Positions 19,485-24,323 of a stretch of 24,323 bases of DNA are shown piece after piece. Source of the DNA: an uncultured Oscillospiraceae bacterium (GTDB lineage Bacteria > Bacillota > Clostridia > Christensenellales > CAG-138); the NCBI GenBank assembly GCA_964372005.1, contig CAYJPI010000001.1, forward strand, positions 11,642-35,964. Direction: 5' to 3'. The first letter of the stretch is position 1, and each line of letters starts with the position of its first letter. The notes below the pieces were generated by a model. The model saw nothing but the letters and a program-made list of their open reading frames with translations, made no database searches and was not told the DNA's origin. A program made the position numbers and the translations under genes.

Positions 19485-21392
19485 ATGATAAAGTATATTG
19501 AGAAACTTAATTCGGTACCCATGCTATGGGTTTCGGGCATATGTTTATTTATTTCCTTTATATTGGAGTATATATTTCCGCTTGTTGGAATAGCATTTGA
19601 GTTAGCGATTAATCCTGCATGGATATCACTCATCATATCCGGCATTCCGCTTGCGTATTTGGCGGTGGTTAACACCATGAAGATGCGCATCACATCGCCT
19701 CTACTAATCACCATAGCGATGATAGCCGCCGTGTACATAGGAGATGTATTCGCGGCAGGCGAGGTAGCCTTTATCATGGCGATAGGCGAGCATCTCGAAG
19801 ATCGCACGGTAGAGAAAGCGAAGAAAGGCATAGAAAAACTCCTCACGCTCGTGCCTGAAACGGGTCGACGCATCAGCATCCAAGAGGATGGTACGATCAA
19901 GGAGGAGACAATCGAAGCGAAGGGGATTCAAATCGGCGATGTATTGCGCGTGCTCCCCGGCGAAAGCTTCCCTGCCGACGCGCAGATTATCAAGGGCAAC
20001 ACGAGCGTTGATCAATCGATACTCACGGGCGAGTCTCTTCCCATCGATAAGACGGAGGGCGACACGGTGTTCACGGGCACTATCAATCGTTTTGGCTCGG
20101 TTGATGTACGGGTAACGAAGCCTTTTGCCGAATCCTCGCTTCAAAAGATGATTCGTCTCGTCGAAGAGGCGGAAAACAACAAAGCGCCCATGCAAAAAAC
20201 CGTTGATAAGTGGGCGGCGGTGCTCGTGCCTACGGCCTGTGTCATCGCGATTGCTACATACTTGGTATTCCGTTTTCTCCTTAATGCGCCCGATGATGCG
20301 CTAATACGTGCTGTTACGGTACTCGTTGTGTTCTGCCCTTGCGCGCTTGCACTTGCAACGCCCACATCCATCATGGCGGCGATAGGTCAGGCGACGAAGC
20401 GCGGCGTGCTAATCAAGTCAGGTGAAGCGCTCGAGCGCATGGGGCAGGTTACCACCGTCGCGTTTGACAAGACGGGGACCATCACCACCGGCAGGCTTGC
20501 GCTTACCGATATTCAAACCATATCTATGGATGAAAAAGCGCTTATGGAAAAGGTGGTGAGTGTGGAATCGCATTCTGAGCATCCCATTGCAAAGGCGATA
20601 ATGCAGTACGCGTTCGATAAGCAAATTCCGATTGCGGATGCAACCGAGTTTTCGATGACCGCAGGCAAGGGCATCAAGGCAAGCGTTGGAGATGCGCAGA
20701 TTTTTTGCGGCAATGAGAGGCTCGTTGCGGATTGCACGGCTGCGGTTATTGATGAGAGCACGCAAAGCGCTATCGATTCCTTGCGCGAGCAAGGCAAGGC
20801 TGTCGTTGTCGTGTGCGATTCATCGACCGTGCTCGGGCTAATTGGGCTTTCCGACACGCTCAAGGATACATCCAAAACTGCGATTGCGGCGCTTGGCGAT
20901 GCAGGCATCACAAAGACTGTACTTCTAACCGGTGACAATGAGAAGAGCGCCAATTACATCGCCGGCAAGGTTGGGATTACCGATGTGCATGCATCGTTAC
21001 TACCGCAAAACAAGGTTGAGGCGATAAAGAACCTTGGAGAGCGAGGCGAAACCGTGTGCATGGTGGGTGATGGCGTTAACGATGCGCCCGCGCTCAAGAC
21101 CGCGGCGGTCGGTATCGCGATGGGGACGATGGGCAGTGATATAGCCATCGATGCGGCTGACATTGCGATCATGGGCGATGATATCGAGAAAATTTCGTAT
21201 ATCAAGAAATTATCGAACGCTACGCTCTACTCCATCAAGTTCAACATCACTTTGTCCATGATCATCAATTTCGGCGCGATCATACTGTCGATCGGCGGAC
21301 TTTTAAACCCCGCCACCGGCGCGCTCGTGCACAATGCCGGCTCCATCCTCGTCGTGCTCAACGCCGCGCGTTTATACGAGAAGAAGATATAG
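19485..21392 (+). CDS. Heavy-metal P1B-type ATPase without N-terminal metal-binding domain; substrate uncertain
   Basis: TGES, CPC, DKTGT, SEHP, TGD, GDGVNDAP; last helices read SMIIN and HNAGS. Confidence 0.93.
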   Translation: MIKYIEKLNSVPMLWVSGICLFISFILEYIFPLVGIAFELAINPAWISLIISGIPLAYLAVVNTMKMRITSPLLITIAMIAAVYIGDVFAAGEVAFIMAIGEHLEDRTVEKAKKGIEKLLTLVPETGRRISIQEDGTIKEETIEAKGIQIGDVLRVLPGESFPADAQIIKGNTSVDQSILTGESLPIDKTEGDTVFTGTINRFGSVDVRVTKPFAESSLQKMIRLVEEAENNKAPMQKTVDKWAAVLVPTACVIAIATYLVFRFLLNAPDDALIRAVTVLVVFCPCALALATPTSIMAAIGQATKRGVLIKSGEALERMGQVTTVAFDKTGTITTGRLALTDIQTISMDEKALMEKVVSVESHSEHPIAKAIMQYAFDKQIPIADATEFSMTAGKGIKASVGDAQIFCGNERLVADCTAAVIDESTQSAIDSLREQGKAVVVVCDSSTVLGLIGLSDTLKDTSKTAIAALGDAGITKTVLLTGDNEKSANYIAGKVGITDVHASLLPQNKVEAIKNLGERGETVCMVGDGVNDAPALKTAAVGIAMGTMGSDIAIDAADIAIMGDDIEKISYIKKLSNATLYSIKFNITLSMIINFGAIILSIGGLLNPATGALVHNAGSILVVLNAARLYEKKI

Positions 21393-21398
21393 GGATGT

Positions 21399-21677
21399 GG
21401 GGGGACGAAGGGGCGCTGCCCCTTACCCCGCATAGGGACTCTGTCCCTATGTACCCTGCAAGGGGATTTCATCCCTAGATAGTATTGTCACAAGTGTTCA
21501 CAGAGCGACTTTTGGCTGTTTTTCCGTCATGCTTTGTTAAAAAACCTTGCATTCCCTCCAGGAGTGCATCGGTTTTCTGCCTCGCATGACAAAAAAACAT
21601 CTCAAAATCTGCTCGGCTCAACTTATGACAATACTATCTTGACCCCTTATTCCCTCGACCGTTTCACGGCCGAGGGG
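21399..21677 (+). repeat. REP-like multi-hairpin module (left copy), interrupted by a MITE
   Basis: Hairpins AAGGGGC-GCT-GCCCCTT (21408-21424), CATAGGGAC-TCT-GTCCCTATG (21431-21451), split CAAGGGGAT-TTC-ATCCC/CTTG (21459-21641), CCCTCGACCG-TTTCA-CGGCCGAGGG (21652-21676). Confidence 0.75.
21477..21639. mobile_element. 163-bp miniature inverted-repeat element (MITE-like, fold-back)
   Basis: Terminal inverted repeats AGATAGTATTGTCACAAGT (21477-21495) and ACTTATGACAATACTATCT (21621-21639), 18/19 match; internal arms also pair; non-coding; splits a pre-existing hairpin. Confidence 0.8.
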
Positions 21678-21732
21678 GGTGGGTTAAACTCAATGAGATA
21701 AACTTATTCTATCTATATCGCTTCAACGACAA

Positions 21733-21777
21733 ACCACCCATTTTTGCGCTAAAATTAATGGCGCAAAAATGGGTGGT
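21733..21777. terminator. 17-bp perfect inverted repeat, likely terminator between convergent ATPase and GSIII genes
   Basis: accacccatttttgcgc (21733-21749) / gcgcaaaaatgggtggt (21761-21777), followed by attttattctt on the plus strand. Confidence 0.55.
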
Positions 21778-21794
21778 ATTTTATTCTTATTCCC

Positions 21795-21891
21795 CTGAGC
21801 CGCGAAGCGGCTCAGAAAAAGGGATCCAAGGGATTTTAATCCCTTGGCGGGGTCACGGGGCAGCGCCCCGTGCGTATTCCTCGTATCCCCC
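21795..21891 (-). repeat. REP-like multi-hairpin module (right copy, inverted)
   Basis: CACGGGGC-AGC-GCCCCGTG (21854-21872), CCAAGGGATT-TT-AATCCCTTGG (21826-21847), CTGAGCCGC-GAA-GCGGCTCAG (21795-21815); same order and linkers as the left copy when read on the minus strand. Confidence 0.75.
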
Positions 21892-23994
21892 TTAGCTGTT
21901 GTACATAAGTAGCCCATACGTGGGGAAGGGCCAGAAGTCGGAAGCGGTGATGGTTTCAAGCTCGTCGGAGACTGCGCGAAGTTCGCGCATCGCGCAGAGT
22001 ACGACATCCTGGTAGTAGCGAGCAAGCTCGAGAACTTCTTCCTTCTCGCACACGCCGGCCATTACATCCTCGAGTGTCTCGATACGCTCGTATAGGCAAG
22101 CGGACAGCTTGGAGAGCTTCTCGATGAACTTCGCTTCCATGCCACCGCCGATCTCGGGGAGCACGGACTTGCGCGCGACAACGCCCTCGGATAAGAACTT
22201 GGTGTAAGCGGCGACGGCGGGGAGGATCTGCTTCTTCGCCATGTCGAGCATGGTGAGAGCTTCGATGTTAACCACCTTGGTGTAGTTCTCGAGGAGGATC
22301 TCGTAGCGAGAGTGCATCTCGGTCTCGGTTAGGATGTTGTGACGCGCGAACAAATCGATGTTCTTTTGAGCGATGAAGGTGGGGAGCGCATCAACGGTAG
22401 CTTTAAGGTTCAATAGCCCGCGCTTTTCGGCCTCAACAACCCACTCATCCGAGTAATTGTTGCCGTCAAAGAGAATTTGCTTGTGCTCGCGGATGGTCTT
22501 CCTTATGAGCTTAGCAACGGCCACGTTAAAGTCGGGTGCGGCTTCGAGATATTCGGCGAAGCGCTGGAGCACGTCGGCGACCATGGTGTTAATCACGAAG
22601 TTCGGGCCCGAAATCGAAGCGGACGAGCCGAGCATGCGGAACTCGAACTTGTTGCCTGTGAAGGCAAAGGGCGAGGTGCGGTTACGGTCGGTGGTGTCCT
22701 TGCTGAACTTGGGAAGAACGCCAACGCCGATTTCCATCTCACGCTCGATGTTGTCGGTGTACTCTTCCTTCTTCTCGAGTGCATCCAAAACACTGGTGAG
22801 CTCGTCACCGAGGAATATGCTGACGATGGCCGGCGGTGCTTCGTTAGCGCCGAGGCGATGGTCGTTTCCGGCGCTTGACACGCAAACGCGAAGCAAGTCC
22901 TGATTTTCATGCACAGCCTGAATAACCGCGCAAAGGAAAACGAGGAACTGGGCGTTGTGCGTCGGATCGGTGCCGGGCTCAAGAAGATTCTTGCCGGTAT
23001 CGGTGGACATGCTCCAGTTGTTGTGCTTGCCCGAACCGTTTACGCCTGCAAAGGGCTTTTCGTGAAGTAGGCATACAAGATCATGCTTTTGCGCAACCTT
23101 CTTCATCACTTCCATCGTGAGCTGATTGTGGTCGGCCGCGATGTTTGTGTTGGTGAAGATCGGTGCAAGCTCATGCTGAGCGGGCGCAACTTCGTTATGC
23201 TGTGTCTTGGCAAGTACGCCGAGCTTCCAAAGCTCGATGTTGAGATCCTTCATAAACGCCTGAACGCGCGGATTTATTACGCCGAAGTAGTGATCCTCAA
23301 GTTCTTGACCCTTAGGCGGCTTCGCACCGAAGAGCGTGCGGCCACAGTAGATAAGATCCTCGCGCTTCTTGTACATTTTCTTATCAACGAGGAAATATTC
23401 CTGCTCGGGGCCGACGGTGGTGATAACGCGGGTTACATCCTCGTTGCCAAAGAGCTTCAATATACGCATCGCCTGTGTGTTGATAACTTCCATCGAACGC
23501 AAAAGCGGTGTTTTCTTGTCAAGCGATTCGCCGCCGTACGAGCAAAACGCAGTGGGAACGCACAATGTGCCATCCTTGATGAATGCATAGCTCGTGGGAT
23601 CCCATGCGGTGTAGCCGCGCGCCTCAAAGGTAGCGCGAAGGCCGCCCGAGGGGAAGGAGGATGCATCGGGCTCGCCCTTTATAAGGTTGGAACCGGAAAA
23701 CTCCATTATGATGCTGCCCTGCCCGTTGGGGGTTATAAAGCTATCATGCTTTTCAGCGGTGATACCTGTCATCGGCTGGAACCAGTGGGTGAAGTGCGTA
23801 GCGCCCTTTTCAATAGCCCAATCCTTCATTGCGTTGGCTACGATGCTCGCGACGGCCGGGTCGATGTCCGCGCCCTTCCTGATTGTTTGCTTTAGCTGGC
23901 GATATGTTTCGCGCGGCAAACGATCCTTCATGACAGTTTCATTGAATACCATGCTGCCAAATAATTCCGTAATGTTCTCCACTATGTTCTCCAT
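21892..23994 (-). CDS. glnA: Glutamine synthetase type III
   Basis: Start ATG 23994 behind AGGAGGT. GSIII signatures [86 protein letters not shown]; 700 aa. Confidence 0.97.
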   Translation of the reverse strand: MENIVENITELFGSMVFNETVMKDRLPRETYRQLKQTIRKGADIDPAVASIVANAMKDWAIEKGATHFTHWFQPMTGITAEKHDSFITPNGQGSIIMEFSGSNLIKGEPDASSFPSGGLRATFEARGYTAWDPTSYAFIKDGTLCVPTAFCSYGGESLDKKTPLLRSMEVINTQAMRILKLFGNEDVTRVITTVGPEQEYFLVDKKMYKKREDLIYCGRTLFGAKPPKGQELEDHYFGVINPRVQAFMKDLNIELWKLGVLAKTQHNEVAPAQHELAPIFTNTNIAADHNQLTMEVMKKVAQKHDLVCLLHEKPFAGVNGSGKHNNWSMSTDTGKNLLEPGTDPTHNAQFLVFLCAVIQAVHENQDLLRVCVSSAGNDHRLGANEAPPAIVSIFLGDELTSVLDALEKKEEYTDNIEREMEIGVGVLPKFSKDTTDRNRTSPFAFTGNKFEFRMLGSSASISGPNFVINTMVADVLQRFAEYLEAAPDFNVAVAKLIRKTIREHKQILFDGNNYSDEWVVEAEKRGLLNLKATVDALPTFIAQKNIDLFARHNILTETEMHSRYEILLENYTKVVNIEALTMLDMAKKQILPAVAAYTKFLSEGVVARKSVLPEIGGGMEAKFIEKLSKLSACLYERIETLEDVMAGVCEKEEVLELARYYQDVVLCAMRELRAVSDELETITASDFWPFPTYGLLMYNS

Positions 23995-24047
23995 GTTGAT
24001 GACCTCCTGCTTCACTTCTATTTCTTCTATTTTTCTTACAATCCAAC

Positions 24048-24092
24048 AAAAAAAGACACTGCGGACGTATACGCCCACAGCGCCTTTGCTGC
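24048..24092 (-). promoter_or_regulatory. Leader terminator overlapped by an ANTAR-type hairpin (transcription attenuator of GSIII)
   Basis: Minus strand GCAGC-AAAGGC-GCUGU hairpin overlaps the 5' arm of terminator GGCGCUGUGGGCG-UAUA-CGUCCGCAGUGUC-U7, between promoter and RBS. Confidence 0.75.
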
Positions 24093-24110
24093 TCGTTTTG
24101 CGATAAAGGT

Positions 24111-24139
24111 AGTTTACACGAACACATGAGCTTTGTCAA
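24111..24139 (-). promoter_or_regulatory. SigmaA promoter of the GSIII gene
   Basis: TTGACA (24139-24134), 17 bp, TAAACT (24116-24111). Confidence 0.8.
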
Positions 24140-24199
24140 CGGTTTTTTATGCAATGAAAAAAATATGAATTTTTTAATCGAATTTCGTGCACATTTGCG

Positions 24200-24228
24200 T
24201 TGCACACCGCGAAAATGTGGGCTATAAT
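24200..24228 (+). promoter_or_regulatory. SigmaA promoter of the last (partial) gene
   Basis: TTGCAC (24200-24205), 17 bp, TATAAT (24223-24228). Confidence 0.7.
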
Positions 24229-24260
24229 AGGTTTAAGTATGTGACGAAAGAGGAGAAAAC

Positions 24261-24323
24261 ATGAGAAAAACATCGTTGGCGTATAAGCTGGTAGGATTTA
24301 TAGCGATAGCACTCATCGCCATA
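24261..24323 (+). CDS. 5' end of a membrane or secreted protein (runs off the window)
   Basis: GAGGAG RBS (24250-24255), ATG 24261, MRKTSLAYKLVGFIAIALIAI: basic N-terminus then hydrophobic stretch. Confidence 0.7.
   Translation, partial: MRKTSLAYKLVGFIAIALIAI

Noticed and set aside
21393..21891. CRISPR array or small ORFs (21227-21472, 21723-22025) in the hairpin-rich region
   Set aside because: No identical direct repeats with regular spacers and no cas genes; the ORFs are translations of repeat DNA overlapping real genes.
23083..23895. 270-aa and other ORFs antisense to GSIII, typA, glmU, the ATPase and the adhesin (e.g. 12029-12820)
   Set aside because: Shadow frames expected from biased codon usage in the coding strand; no independent evidence.
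23995..24078. Longer N-terminal extensions given by the ORF track for GSIII (24078), the EAL gene (4860) and csoR (19176)
   Set aside because: Downstream ATGs have proper Shine-Dalgarno spacing; the GSIII extension runs through the leader terminator.

Overview
Chromosomal window from a Bacillota, most likely Clostridia (sigmaA-type promoters, GGAGG ribosome-binding sites, DUF1292, GSIII, CsoR). Left to right: the 3' part of a large acidic surface protein; a probable MarR remnant with intact promoter and operator; a membrane Cache-like/GGDEF(degenerate)/EAL/PAS c-di-GMP protein; a YheO-regulator/ygeY/ygeW operon (part of the anaerobic purine-degradation gene set); DUF1292; a divergent HxlR / flavin-binding protein pair; a second 1492-aa surface protein (B-repeats, MBG-like, Ig-like, vWA); a glmU / WG-repeat / typA operon; csoR with a P1B-type ATPase; a 500-bp intergenic nest of hairpin repeats with an inserted MITE; glutamine synthetase III with an ANTAR-like attenuator; and the start of one more gene. 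Main highlights: (1) both surface proteins end in the same Pro-Glu stalk plus a conserved three-helix membrane module (WALLNLIL...[12 protein letters not shown]...RKKKD) with no LPXTG or SLH, a candidate uncharacterised anchoring/sorting system; (2) the nested repeat/MITE structure at 21399-21891; (3) the ANTAR-type leader of GSIII. All family calls come from motif recognition by eye; no database search was run.
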